Source of the DNA: Candidatus Hadarchaeota archaeon
GTDB lineage: Archaea; Hadarchaeota; Hadarchaeia; Hadarchaeales; JAWBSP01
Reading direction: 5' to 3'
DNA length: 64,000 nt
NCBI GenBank assembly: GCA_964474885.1
Contig: CAYYWO010000004.1
Location: forward strand, 1-64,000
Shown: positions 52,546 to 62,192 of the stretch, piece by piece
Layout: each line of letters opens with the position of its first letter
Numbering within the stretch: the first letter of the stretch is position 1
Made by a program: the position numbers and the translations under genes
The notes under the pieces: generated by a model
Seen by the model: the letters and a program-made list of their open reading frames with translations, nothing else
Database searches by the model: none
Told to the model about the DNA's origin: nothing

Positions 52546-54273
52546 GTGAGGGTGGCGATCCCTGCAGGACTGCTTGTAGGTCTCTTCCTCGTCCTGTGTG
52601 CATCCGGGACGATCCTAGCGAGAAGCGATTTCTACTACAGGTCCATCGTGGGGCACTTCGAGATAAACGCAGACAAAACGATTTCCACAACCATCCAGTT
52701 TGAGCTCGTAAATCCTAGTTACACCCAGTGGCTGACTGGCATAACATGGACGGTGCCCTGTGGGATCTCCGATGTCAGAGCCTGGGACTCTCAAGGAGAT
52801 TTGCGCGTCTCGACGGAAAACCTAGGCACGAGCACCAAGATCTCGGTGAAGTTCAGATCAGCGGTCTACGGGAACATGTCCCTCCGTTTCTGGCTGTCCT
52901 ACAAGATGATGGGAGTGGTGAAGGGAGGGAAGTTCGAGTACAGGTGCAACCTTGGTGCCATTAGTGCGCAAAGGGAGATCCAAGATTACGAGGTTTGGGT
53001 GAAGGGGCCCTCCAGTACTGAGCTGTTCCTAGCGAGCCCAGAGGCCGAACTCGAGGATGGCTGGCTAAAGCTCCGGACTTCACTTCAGCAGGGGGAGGCA
53101 TGCGAGGGGCTGACCGCAGTCTACTTCTCGACTCCTGCCTTCTACACCGTAACCCTAACCGAAAAGATCCAGAACCAGAGTTCAAAGGAAACAACTGTGA
53201 TGTTCCACTTTCTCCTCTTCAACAACTCCCAAGGACAATTCGCCGCTCTCTACAATTGCTCGCACCCTATCAGGTCACTCTGGATCGACGAGGAGAACAA
53301 CTGGTACGCCGACGTGAAGCTGGACCTACCACCCTACAGCCAGACGGTGGTACAGCTCAAGTGCTTCTGGTTCACAGATATATACAAGCCAGAGGTCGAT
53401 ACGAGCAATGCTGGATCCATCACTCAAATAAGCGATGAGCTCGCACCCTACCTGAAGGAGCAGGAGTGGTGGGAGGTTAGCTCCCCCCAGATCCAAAGCA
53501 AGGCCTGGGAGGTCTCGGCCGGGGAGACCAACGTATACAGGCTGGCGAAGCGGATCGTTCGGGCTGTCGGGGATTTGTTGACCTACCAGCAGACCCCCGA
53601 GAGACAGGGGGCACTCCAAACCCTGCTCCGGGGGTATGGAGACTGCGATGGATACAGTGACCTCACCATCGCCCTAGCCCGTGCGTCTGGGCTCCCCGCC
53701 AGGCTCTGCTTCGGCTGGGCCTGTCAGGAAAGCGAGTACAAGGGGCACGCCTGGGTGGAGTTTTACTCCCCTACCCTAGGCTGGCTGCCCTCCGACCCCA
53801 CCTGGGCCGAGGAATGGGGGAACTACTTGTTCTGTTCCGACCCCTCCCACCTGCTGAGGGGAATAAGAGGGCTGAGCTCCTCGGACTCTTCCGTCAGAAT
53901 GGAGTACTTCGGCTCGGCGCCTACAATTCAGGAGGAAGTGGAAATAACGCCCACAGACAATTCTACCATCTTCGGCCTCGCCCTCCAAGCTTGCTCCCTG
54001 TACCTCGGCGTCTGCGAAAACCTGGTAGGTAGCCAGGATCCCGTCCTACAGGCGGCCAGGAGCCACTACCAGAATGCGCTGGCCCTGGGCTCTCTGCCCG
54101 AGGCACTCGACTGCATCCAATGCTGCGGCACGATCATCTCGCTGCACGGTGAGGAATCCGAGCTCAGCCCAAGATTCCTTCTCCAACTCCCCATTGAGAT
54201 CAGCCTAGAGCAGCTACTGGTAATCCTCCTGATCATTCTTGTGATCGTCACGGTCGTCGCGGTAAGCAGATAA
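52546..54273 (+). CDS. secreted, membrane-anchored transglutaminase-like protein
   Basis: Signal peptide; triad motifs GDCDGYS, GHAWVEFY, W.PSDPTW; C-terminal TM helix. Confidence 0.88.
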   Translation: MRVAIPAGLLVGLFLVLCASGTILARSDFYYRSIVGHFEINADKTISTTIQFELVNPSYTQWLTGITWTVPCGISDVRAWDSQGDLRVSTENLGTSTKISVKFRSAVYGNMSLRFWLSYKMMGVVKGGKFEYRCNLGAISAQREIQDYEVWVKGPSSTELFLASPEAELEDGWLKLRTSLQQGEACEGLTAVYFSTPAFYTVTLTEKIQNQSSKETTVMFHFLLFNNSQGQFAALYNCSHPIRSLWIDEENNWYADVKLDLPPYSQTVVQLKCFWFTDIYKPEVDTSNAGSITQISDELAPYLKEQEWWEVSSPQIQSKAWEVSAGETNVYRLAKRIVRAVGDLLTYQQTPERQGALQTLLRGYGDCDGYSDLTIALARASGLPARLCFGWACQESEYKGHAWVEFYSPTLGWLPSDPTWAEEWGNYLFCSDPSHLLRGIRGLSSSDSSVRMEYFGSAPTIQEEVEITPTDNSTIFGLALQACSLYLGVCENLVGSQDPVLQAARSHYQNALALGSLPEALDCIQCCGTIISLHGEESELSPRFLLQLPIEISLEQLLVILLIILVIVTVVAVSR

Positions 54274-54323
54274 AAGATGTGACCAAAGTAATTAGGCACG
54301 GATGATGAACGCCTCAAGAGGAT

Positions 54324-54971
54324 TCATGACTCTTGATGGGCGACCTGACGTGCCCAACCCATTTCTAGCAGGAATTTTTCCGTCCTGCGGCCCGAGCCCA
54401 AAACCCGAAGTAGGTCTGCCGGCTCATCCATGTCCCACAGGTTCGCCGACTCGTATATCGCAGGTTTCACGCCCGCACGCAGGGCCTCCTCAACGTGCCT
54501 AGCGAAGCTCCGCCCTCCGTAGTGGAGCGGAATTACGCACGGCGGCTGGAGTAGCATGGCTGCCGTCCCCCTCCCTTGAGTCGGTGATATCACTACCGCT
54601 CTGTCTCCCGCCCTCCTCCTCATCATCTCCTGCAGGTCCCAGGCGGTGAGAAGGGGTATATCCCCCACCAGCAGTAGCACGGACTCAAAGCCCAGCCGGA
54701 CGGCTTCTCGCCTCCCCAACTCAAAAGCTTGGCTCACTCCCTTCCCTTCATCTCTTACCCCCATCGCTTCTCTGGATCTCGCCAGGCGCAGAACCGCCTC
54801 ATCGGGGGAGATCACCATGCAGGGCAGTGGCGCACTTTCAACCGCCCTCAGCACGTCTTCCAACATACAGAGAACCAGCTTCTTCCTTTCCTCCTCAGGA
54901 AAGATGCCAGACATCTTCGATTTGGCCAGCTTCAAATCCTTCACGGCCACTATCGCCAGCGTCCTACTCAT
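54324..54971 (-). CDS. cofC: 2-phospho-L-lactate/PEP guanylyltransferase
   Basis: K....AKSKMS, MLEDVL, GDIP, GT, YGGRSF..H, DMDEPADL; in the cof cluster. Confidence 0.9.
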   Translation of the reverse strand: MSRTLAIVAVKDLKLAKSKMSGIFPEEERKKLVLCMLEDVLRAVESAPLPCMVISPDEAVLRLARSREAMGVRDEGKGVSQAFELGRREAVRLGFESVLLLVGDIPLLTAWDLQEMMRRRAGDRAVVISPTQGRGTAAMLLQPPCVIPLHYGGRSFARHVEEALRAGVKPAIYESANLWDMDEPADLLRVLGSGRRTEKFLLEMGWARQVAHQES

Positions 54972-54997
54972 TGAAAAGCTCAATACACCCGTTGAAA

Positions 54998-55987
54998 ATG
55001 ATGATGACCGTCGTGACTTTTTCCCGCAACGTCTTTCTTCCAATCACAAACATGTGCAGGAACAGGTGCGCTTACTGTGGGTTCAGACAGGAACCTCCCT
55101 CAGCCTGGTTCATGATACCCGAGGAGGTGATGCGACTGGCTCAGAGGGGAGTACAGCTCGGGTGCTCGGAGGCTCTCCTCACGCTGGGAGAGAGACCTGA
55201 GGTTTACCCGCAGGTTAGACTTGCACTGAGGAAACTCGGGTTCAGCTCGACTGTCGACTATCTGGAATCCCTGTGTAAGCAGATCCTGAGGCTGGGCCTC
55301 CTCCCTCATACCAATGCAGGCTTGCTGGAGGAAGAAGAACTACGCAGGTTGCGGAGATACAATGCCAGCATGGGGCTGATGCTCGAGTGTGCCTCCCCTC
55401 TCTGGGTCCACTCCCAGAGCCCCGGGAAAGATCCCCAGCTCAGGTTGAAAGTCATCGAAACAGCGGGGAAGCTCAAAATACCCTTCACTACTGGGATCTT
55501 AGTGGGAATCGGGGAAACGAGGAAGGACATTAAGAAGTCCTTAGAGGTTCTCAAGGAGGTCCAGGATACGTATGGGCACATTCAGGAGATAATAATCCAG
55601 CCTTTCCAGCCCAAACCTGGAACCCCCATGCAAAGTTGTCCTCCCCCGGAACCTGAGAGAGTCCTGTACGCGGTCAAAACCGCTGCCAGGATCTTCCCCA
55701 ATACCGGCATACAGATCCCACCAAACCTAGTCCCCGATGTAGTACCTTTTCTCAGAGCGGGTGCGAATGACTTGGGCGGGATCTCTCCCCTCACCCCCGA
55801 TTTTATAAACCCTGAGCATCCATGGCCGAACATCGACCAGCTGAGGATGGAGCTGGAATCGAGAGGTTTCCGCCTGAGGGAGAGGTTGCCGATCTACCCG
55901 AAATTTGCCAAGCTAACCGAATACATGTCCCCCGAAGTAAGGCGCGTGGTGGAGGATCTTCGCGATGAGGAGGGGTTCAGGCGTTAG
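54998..55987 (+). CDS. cofG: FO synthase subunit CofG
   Basis: VTFSRNVFLP.T..CRNRCAYC, LPHTNAG, SMGLMLE, PFTTGILVGIGE, QIPPNL. Confidence 0.93.
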   Translation: MMMTVVTFSRNVFLPITNMCRNRCAYCGFRQEPPSAWFMIPEEVMRLAQRGVQLGCSEALLTLGERPEVYPQVRLALRKLGFSSTVDYLESLCKQILRLGLLPHTNAGLLEEEELRRLRRYNASMGLMLECASPLWVHSQSPGKDPQLRLKVIETAGKLKIPFTTGILVGIGETRKDIKKSLEVLKEVQDTYGHIQEIIIQPFQPKPGTPMQSCPPPEPERVLYAVKTAARIFPNTGIQIPPNLVPDVVPFLRAGANDLGGISPLTPDFINPEHPWPNIDQLRMELESRGFRLRERLPIYPKFAKLTEYMSPEVRRVVEDLRDEEGFRR

Positions 55988-57089
55988 GGAGGAGTTCACT
56001 TGGGCAGTGGAGAAAGCCCTAGCATTGGAGAAGTTGGACTTAGAGGAGGCATGGTGCCTCCTCTCGGCCCGGGGAGATGAAATCGAGATTCTCGTCAGGG
56101 CTGCGGATGAGCTTAGGAGAGAGCTAGTGGGTGATTACGTCACCTTTGTCGTGAACAGGAACATAAACTTCACAAATGTCTGCGTAACCGGATGTCACTT
56201 CTGTGCATTCGGTGTTCCTCCCGGTCATAGGTCTGCCTACACTCTCACTCCACAGGAAATCAGAGAGAAGACTAGGGAAGCTGTAGAAAGAGGGGCTACT
56301 GAGATCTGCCTGCAGGGAGGGATAAATCCGCACCTCACACTCAAGGACTATTTACGGTTCTTAACCTGCATCAAGGAGGTGAACGACCGGATACACATCC
56401 ACGCGTTCTCTCCCCACGAGGTGTTCTGCCTAGCCAAGAGGGAGAACCTAAGCGTCAGGAAGCTCCTCCTCGAGCTGAAAGAGCACGGACTGGACTCCAT
56501 GCCGGGAACCGCTGCTGAGATCTTGGTCCAGAGGGTCAGGAAGCAGATATGCCCCTCCAAGATATCGGTTGCACAGTGGGTGGAGGTCATCGAAACCGCA
56601 CATTCCTTGGGCATCCCCACAACCTGCACCATGATGTATGGCACCGTTGAAAGCCTCAAAGAGAGAGCACAGCATTTGCTCCTCTTGAGGGACCTCCAGA
56701 AGAAAACGGGTGGTTTCACGGAGCTCGTTCTGCTTCCCTTCGTCTCTGAGAACACTAGGCTGGGCAAGGGGGGGGTCAGGGGCCCCTCTCTCCTGGACAG
56801 CCTCCGCACCCACGCCGCAGCGAGGCTCATCCTCGGCTCTGCGATAAAAAACCTCCAAGCCTCTTGGGTGAAACTCGGGCCTAAAGGCGTAGCCCTCATG
56901 CTTCAAGCAGGTGTAAACGATCTAGGCGGGACCCTGATGGAGGAGAACATAACCAGATCGGCGGGGGGAAAGTGGGGTCAGGAAATGACACCAGAGCAGT
57001 TCAAGAAGCTCATCCAGTCCGTAGGAAGGATACCCGTCCAGAGGACTACCCTGTACGAGCCTGTCGACAGTAGTCCAATATCACCCTAG
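55965..57089 (+). CDS. cofH: FO synthase subunit CofH
   Basis: VTFVVNRNINFTNVC..C.FC, SMPGTAAEIL, NLQASWVKLG, DLGGTLMEENI. Confidence 0.93.
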   Translation: MRRGSGVREEFTWAVEKALALEKLDLEEAWCLLSARGDEIEILVRAADELRRELVGDYVTFVVNRNINFTNVCVTGCHFCAFGVPPGHRSAYTLTPQEIREKTREAVERGATEICLQGGINPHLTLKDYLRFLTCIKEVNDRIHIHAFSPHEVFCLAKRENLSVRKLLLELKEHGLDSMPGTAAEILVQRVRKQICPSKISVAQWVEVIETAHSLGIPTTCTMMYGTVESLKERAQHLLLLRDLQKKTGGFTELVLLPFVSENTRLGKGGVRGPSLLDSLRTHAAARLILGSAIKNLQASWVKLGPKGVALMLQAGVNDLGGTLMEENITRSAGGKWGQEMTPEQFKKLIQSVGRIPVQRTTLYEPVDSSPISP

Positions 57090-57987
57090 CCAAGCGGATC
57101 CTCGACTGAAGATCCGGCATCAGCAGAGAGGTGAGGTATGCCCTAATGCCCAGCTCTGTTATCCTCCGCACCATTCCCGCGTCAGCCTGATCTACAAAGA
57201 GGAGGTGTGCCACATCCCTGTATACCTGCGCCACCCCCACAGGGCTCACCTCGAGACCTAGTCCTCGCATCAGAACGCCGGCCGGACCGCTGACCGGTGC
57301 ATGATCTATTATGGGACTTACCGCCATCACCCGATGTCTCCTCAGCTTGAGCTCCTCCCTGATCTGGGGGACGGATAAAATGGGACCTATGCTGGTGATG
57401 GGATTGCTAGGACCTATCAGAATCCAGTCCGCCTCCCTGATGGCCTCCAAGACTCCAGGTGCCGGTCTCGCGTGCTCGCTTCCAATGAACTTCACGCCCT
57501 TCACCTCAACTCTCCCTCCCCTCAGCACCCAGAACTCGTGGAAGCTCAGCTCACCCTCATCAGTCAGGATTCTAGTGGTGACACGATCGTTACTCATAGG
57601 CAGGATCTTTACCTTGACACCATACTTCTCTCGGAGTTTGTCGGTCGCCTGAGAAAGAGTCATGCCCCTGCGGAGGCAATCTGCCCTGAACCTCTTGTTC
57701 GCCCTGTCCTCATCACCTATCTTGAGGATCTCGCGGTGACCGAGTGCTCTCAATCTATCGTACTCGTGAAAGGTATCACCCCTTATCCCATACCAAGTTT
57801 CCTCGTTGATCACTCCAGCGCAGGTGTAGAGGATGGTATCCAAGTCGGGCGAGACCCACATACCGCCCACCTCGAGATCCTCCCCCGTGTTTCCCACTAT
57901 TGTCAAATCCGATGGATCAAGCAGGCGCAGTAACCCTTGGATTAGCTTGGGGGTCCCCGTACCCCCTGACAACACGACCAGCTTCAT
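57046..57987 (-). CDS. cofD: 2-phospho-L-lactate transferase
   Basis: LSGGTGTPKL, NTGED, SPDLDT, GPSNPITSIGPIL, VSPII...VSGPA. Confidence 0.95.
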   Translation of the reverse strand: MKLVVLSGGTGTPKLIQGLLRLLDPSDLTIVGNTGEDLEVGGMWVSPDLDTILYTCAGVINEETWYGIRGDTFHEYDRLRALGHREILKIGDEDRANKRFRADCLRRGMTLSQATDKLREKYGVKVKILPMSNDRVTTRILTDEGELSFHEFWVLRGGRVEVKGVKFIGSEHARPAPGVLEAIREADWILIGPSNPITSIGPILSVPQIREELKLRRHRVMAVSPIIDHAPVSGPAGVLMRGLGLEVSPVGVAQVYRDVAHLLFVDQADAGMVRRITELGIRAYLTSLLMPDLQSRIRLARVILDYCRQARTG

Positions 57988-60338
57988 CTAACGATAAAAT
58001 GATAGCTATTCTCGGATATCACATGTTCGCCCCTTCTCAATTCCAGTTCCAACCTGAGATCGACCGGCTCGGTACAGCTGAAGGAGACCTCATTCGTCTT
58101 CACAGCGCAGTCGGGCAGGACCTCCACCTTGAACGAGCCCTCCCGCAACACTTCCCCCTCGGATTCACCCGGACAGACTGTGACCGGCTTGGAAAAAGTG
58201 GGGAAGTTCAGCCAGGGGACATACAACTCCCCGATGATCCAGATCCGGCTCCCTCGGATCACCCTGTTTCTCGTCTTCAGGAGCCTCCAGCGAATCTCAC
58301 AGTCTCCCAAGGACGTGTGGTAATCGTTTATGACCCAGACAGGTAACTTCACCTCCTCTCCCTTTCTGAACACGCTGCGCTCCCAATCTACACAAACGAG
58401 AATTGGTGAGAAGGCTTTCCTCAGTGCATAGTAACCCAACATGGGTTGCCTCTCGTGATCAATCACCCCCCACGCTATAGACGGCCACCAGTTGACGAAC
58501 TGAAAACTCAAAAGTCCGCCCGTGGGCTTATACCGCTTGATCCTAAACTGTTCAACATAGTACTTCAGCAGCTCGGCTTGGTAGAGCTGGCTCGCCATCG
58601 CAAAATCCTCAAAGGACTTGTACTTTTTCCAGCTACCCAAGTACGTGCATAGGATTGAGAGTTGCCCGTCGTGGTACCTCCATTTCTTCCAGTTCGGGGG
58701 CCAAGCGTCCTCTACCCATCTCTTGAAACCGAGGGGAACCGCCTGTGAACCGAACTCGGTCGGAAACGGGTCTTTTCTCTTCCTGACCTTTGTGAAGACA
58801 TTACCATACCAGCCCAGATAGATGTGGGAGTCTCCTTTTCCGCTCGCCTTGTGGACGGGACGCGACCGGTCGATGAAGGTAGCAGTTTTGAACAGTTCGT
58901 CATCAAGGCGCTTGTTGCCTACTCTGAACCAGATCCAAAGCGGCTCGTTATGACAGCACCAAAGGACGACCGAGGGATGATTGTAGTGCAGGTATATCAT
59001 CTCGGCTAACATCCGCCTGCACTTGTCGATGAATCCTGGATCCGAACGATAGCCCCATTGGAGAGTGAAGTCTTGCCACACCATTATACCTTGTTCATCT
59101 AGGACGTCGTAGAGGAGAGGTGGCTCCACGTGAGCATGTACCCTGATCATGTTCATGTTGGCCTTCTTGAGGAGTTTCACATCTCTCTCGTAGAATTCTC
59201 TCGTCACCCTCGACATCCACTCCGTTGAGATATAGTTCGTGCCCCGGATGAAGATGCGCCTCCCGTTTATGTACCAGTGATATGCGTCTGGACCCCTCCG
59301 CTCATCCCCTTTTTCGTCGAGTTCTCCGCCAAGCCTGACCGTTCGTATCCCAAATCTGTCGGTTCTCTCGTCCCAGCACTCCCCTCTACAAAGTATCTGG
59401 CTATGAAGGGTGTAAAGTGCAGGAGTGCCCAGCTCTGGATGGTCCCAAGGAAACCAGAGCTTTGGGTTTTTCAACTCGAGCTCGACAGAGGTGTGATTCG
59501 GCCCCGGGAGCGCCGTTAGCCGGTAGGTCCAGTTCTTTTCAGCTTCCTTTACCTCGAACATGAGCGACACATCGACCGGGCTTGATCTCCTGTTCGTCAG
59601 AAAAACGTCCAAGTTTATTTTCGCCCTGTCTCCCCTCAGCTCTGGTGTGATGAATACCCAGTCAAAGCGAACAGGACCCGTGACGAGGAGACGCACAGGT
59701 CTGTAGATGCCTCCGCTCCCAAGCGATTGGGAGGTCTTAGCGTCCAGCAAATCTCCCGGTCTACAGTCATGGAAATTCAAGATGCCCTTAACCAGATGCT
59801 TGGACGAAAGGAAGTTCATTAGAAGTCCTCTGCCCCTTATCCCTCTATCATAGGGATCTTGGACTTTTACCGCCAATAAGTTTTCTTCCCTCAGTTTGTC
59901 CGTGACGTCAAAATAGAAGGGGCAAAAATATCCCTCGTGCTCGCCCAGCTTTTCACCGTTGAGCCACACTTCTGCCAAGTAATCCACCCCTTCGAAGAGC
60001 AATCTGGCTTCCCCTCTGCCCCGCCATCTGAATCCCCTTCTGAACCAAACCGGTTCGTGAAAGTTCTGAAGCCCCGGGATATCCACGAAGTTGCTGGGGA
60101 TCTCCACTTCCTTCCATCCTTCGTCCGACAATTCTGGCGAGAACCAACCCTCTTTCTCCCCTCGCCCGCTCGGATCTGGCTGGTACTTCCAAATGCCAAT
60201 CAAATCGATTGACCTGTGGACGTGCCTACGCACCCTCTGCTTCTTCCCGGGTTTGCACTCCACTTCCTCCGCCTCTGAGAGGGAACTAAAGATAGAATGA
60301 CGCATGACTGGCACAAATCGGGGAGTAAGCTCCTTCAC
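57984..60338 (-). CDS. glycoside hydrolase family 2 (beta-mannosidase-like)
   Basis: FEGVDY, HEGYF, FGIRT, NG..IFIRGTN, N.IRVHAH, VWQDF, NHPSVVLWCCHNEP (acid/base), PTEFG (nucleophile). Confidence 0.9.
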   Translation of the reverse strand: MKELTPRFVPVMRHSIFSSLSEAEEVECKPGKKQRVRRHVHRSIDLIGIWKYQPDPSGRGEKEGWFSPELSDEGWKEVEIPSNFVDIPGLQNFHEPVWFRRGFRWRGRGEARLLFEGVDYLAEVWLNGEKLGEHEGYFCPFYFDVTDKLREENLLAVKVQDPYDRGIRGRGLLMNFLSSKHLVKGILNFHDCRPGDLLDAKTSQSLGSGGIYRPVRLLVTGPVRFDWVFITPELRGDRAKINLDVFLTNRRSSPVDVSLMFEVKEAEKNWTYRLTALPGPNHTSVELELKNPKLWFPWDHPELGTPALYTLHSQILCRGECWDERTDRFGIRTVRLGGELDEKGDERRGPDAYHWYINGRRIFIRGTNYISTEWMSRVTREFYERDVKLLKKANMNMIRVHAHVEPPLLYDVLDEQGIMVWQDFTLQWGYRSDPGFIDKCRRMLAEMIYLHYNHPSVVLWCCHNEPLWIWFRVGNKRLDDELFKTATFIDRSRPVHKASGKGDSHIYLGWYGNVFTKVRKRKDPFPTEFGSQAVPLGFKRWVEDAWPPNWKKWRYHDGQLSILCTYLGSWKKYKSFEDFAMASQLYQAELLKYYVEQFRIKRYKPTGGLLSFQFVNWWPSIAWGVIDHERQPMLGYYALRKAFSPILVCVDWERSVFRKGEEVKLPVWVINDYHTSLGDCEIRWRLLKTRNRVIRGSRIWIIGELYVPWLNFPTFSKPVTVCPGESEGEVLREGSFKVEVLPDCAVKTNEVSFSCTEPVDLRLELELRRGEHVISENSYHFIVR

Positions 60339-60366
60339 AAAATAAAAGAGTCCCTATTATTTTTCA

Positions 60367-60747
60367 CTATCCCAGTGCAGTACCTAAGCAGGCACCGAGG
60401 ACAAAGTAGCCCGTCACATTGTATGCCTCAAGTAGGAAAACCCGTATCACGGCCGCTCGAGGAACGCTTCTAAAGAAATTCCAAGGTCTGCACCCTTTCA
60501 TCATCAGGAACAGTTCTAGAGATCCTCCTAGCGAGAAAGCTATCAGCCAAATCACCAATGTCAGCTTTAACCCAAGAAAGTAACCGCTCGCCGTGCCGAT
60601 CGGAAAGTACCCCACCCACCTTTCCAGAAGACCCAATTCCGCATGCCTCATGGGGATCTGGATCCCCCATCTGGAGCGGTAATAGCCTAAAATGCCATCT
60701 AAGCGTAAAACATCGACGAGGGGGAGGAGCCAGAATAGAATTTTCAC
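60367..60747 (-). CDS. hypothetical membrane protein
   Basis: Hydrophobic segments; 4-bp overlap with the upstream gene. Confidence 0.65.
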   Translation of the reverse strand: MKILFWLLPLVDVLRLDGILGYYRSRWGIQIPMRHAELGLLERWVGYFPIGTASGYFLGLKLTLVIWLIAFSLGGSLELFLMMKGCRPWNFFRSVPRAAVIRVFLLEAYNVTGYFVLGACLGTALG

Positions 60748-61028
60748 TCTAAGAGTGCTAGGATCAGCAGACCAGTCGGAATAAGAATTCCCACCAGCGC
60801 TCCTATCAAGGCTTTGATGTCCTCAACTACAGCAGTGATACCCCACTTGGAAACCAGTGAAAACATCCCCCAAGTCCCGTCGATGAACAGCAGAATACCG
60901 ATGACCCCTATGATGAGAGCTACCACTCCAATACCTCTCGCCTTTCCTCTTGCCTGCCAAATTATGAAGCCCCCGTCGAATAAGCCAATCAGCCCCAGCA
61001 ACAGCGTGAACATGGGGAGGAACGCCAT
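60744..61028 (-). CDS. small three-TM membrane protein
   Basis: Highly hydrophobic 94 aa in the same-strand gene run. Confidence 0.7.
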   Translation of the reverse strand: MAFLPMFTLLLGLIGLFDGGFIIWQARGKARGIGVVALIIGVIGILLFIDGTWGMFSLVSKWGITAVVEDIKALIGALVGILIPTGLLILALLE

Positions 61029-61046
61029 CTTTTATCAGCAACCCCT

Positions 61047-62192
61047 TTATAAATGTTTCACCATCTTGGGTAGCCACCCCTGCTCTTGGTACCACTCGAC
61101 CGTTTTCTTCAGGCCTTCTCGGAAGTCCGGCCACATGCACTCGAAACCTGTCGCCTTCAAGGCAGAAGTGTCGTAGGCCTTGTGTCCCGCGGGTATCCAC
61201 TTCCAAGTGGAAAGCTTCACTGCACCGTACGAAAATAACCAATCCAAGTCTATTCTGGGACGCAGAACGTTCTTTATCCCGTACTTCTTCACAATGTTAT
61301 CCCACTTTTGCTGGACAATCTTGTTTATCAAACGAATTCCAAAGATGATGGAATTCTCGAGGACAGGTGCTAGAGGTGCTGTCATAGGTATCAGAATTCG
61401 CACAAGCTTTTGATAAAGCGGGAGAGGCACTCCCTTCTCTACCCCCAATACATCAGCAAGTGCATCAAACATCTCCGTCAAGGTCACCGGCCGATCGTCT
61501 GCAACGTTGAAAGCTCTCCCAACGGTGTCCGGTCTCTTGGCGAGGTGAATAGCTGCCCTTGCTACATCGTCCGCATGCACATGATGAGTCAGCATGTCCC
61601 CCACCACCCTAAAGGGAGCCTTCTTAGTCTCCCAGTAGCCAGCAACAATCGCAGAGAGAAAGAGACCAACACCATACTTGCTTCCGGGACCGTACACGAG
61701 TGTTGGTCTGATGGCCCTAACCGAGAGCCCTTTTTTGGCATAGCTCATTGCCACCTGCTCCCCCATCCACTTGGTTTTCTCGTAGTTGTTGGTGGGATTC
61801 TTAGGGTGATTCTCATCCATAGGGATGTATACAGTCCTGCCGTAGACACCAACCGTGCTCCAGTGAACGAACGATTCGACTTCCGCCTGAAGTGCGGCCT
61901 CGCACACGTTGCGAGTGGCCACAACATTCGCGTTGTACAGAACATCATAGGGCAGGCTGAAATCAAAGAGACCTGCTACGTGAAACACCCAATCGATGTC
62001 TTTGAATAGGTTCGGCACCTCTTTCCTGTCCAGCAGATCCACTTTCATTACCTCGGCTCCTTCTTTTTCTGCCCACTCCAAGTTTGCACGCGGGAGATCA
62101 GTAGCCCTCACCTGATATCCTTCCTTGAGCAACCAACGAACTACATGCGAACCTATGAATCCTCCGGCACCCGTGACCAAACAGCGCTTCAT
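61047..62192 (-). CDS. extended SDR (NAD-dependent epimerase / 3-beta-HSD-like)
   Basis: VTGAGGFIG, HVAG, STVGVYG, YEKTK, RPTLVYGP. Confidence 0.9.
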   Translation of the reverse strand: MKRCLVTGAGGFIGSHVVRWLLKEGYQVRATDLPRANLEWAEKEGAEVMKVDLLDRKEVPNLFKDIDWVFHVAGLFDFSLPYDVLYNANVVATRNVCEAALQAEVESFVHWSTVGVYGRTVYIPMDENHPKNPTNNYEKTKWMGEQVAMSYAKKGLSVRAIRPTLVYGPGSKYGVGLFLSAIVAGYWETKKAPFRVVGDMLTHHVHADDVARAAIHLAKRPDTVGRAFNVADDRPVTLTEMFDALADVLGVEKGVPLPLYQKLVRILIPMTAPLAPVLENSIIFGIRLINKIVQQKWDNIVKKYGIKNVLRPRIDLDWLFSYGAVKLSTWKWIPAGHKAYDTSALKATGFECMWPDFREGLKKTVEWYQEQGWLPKMVKHL

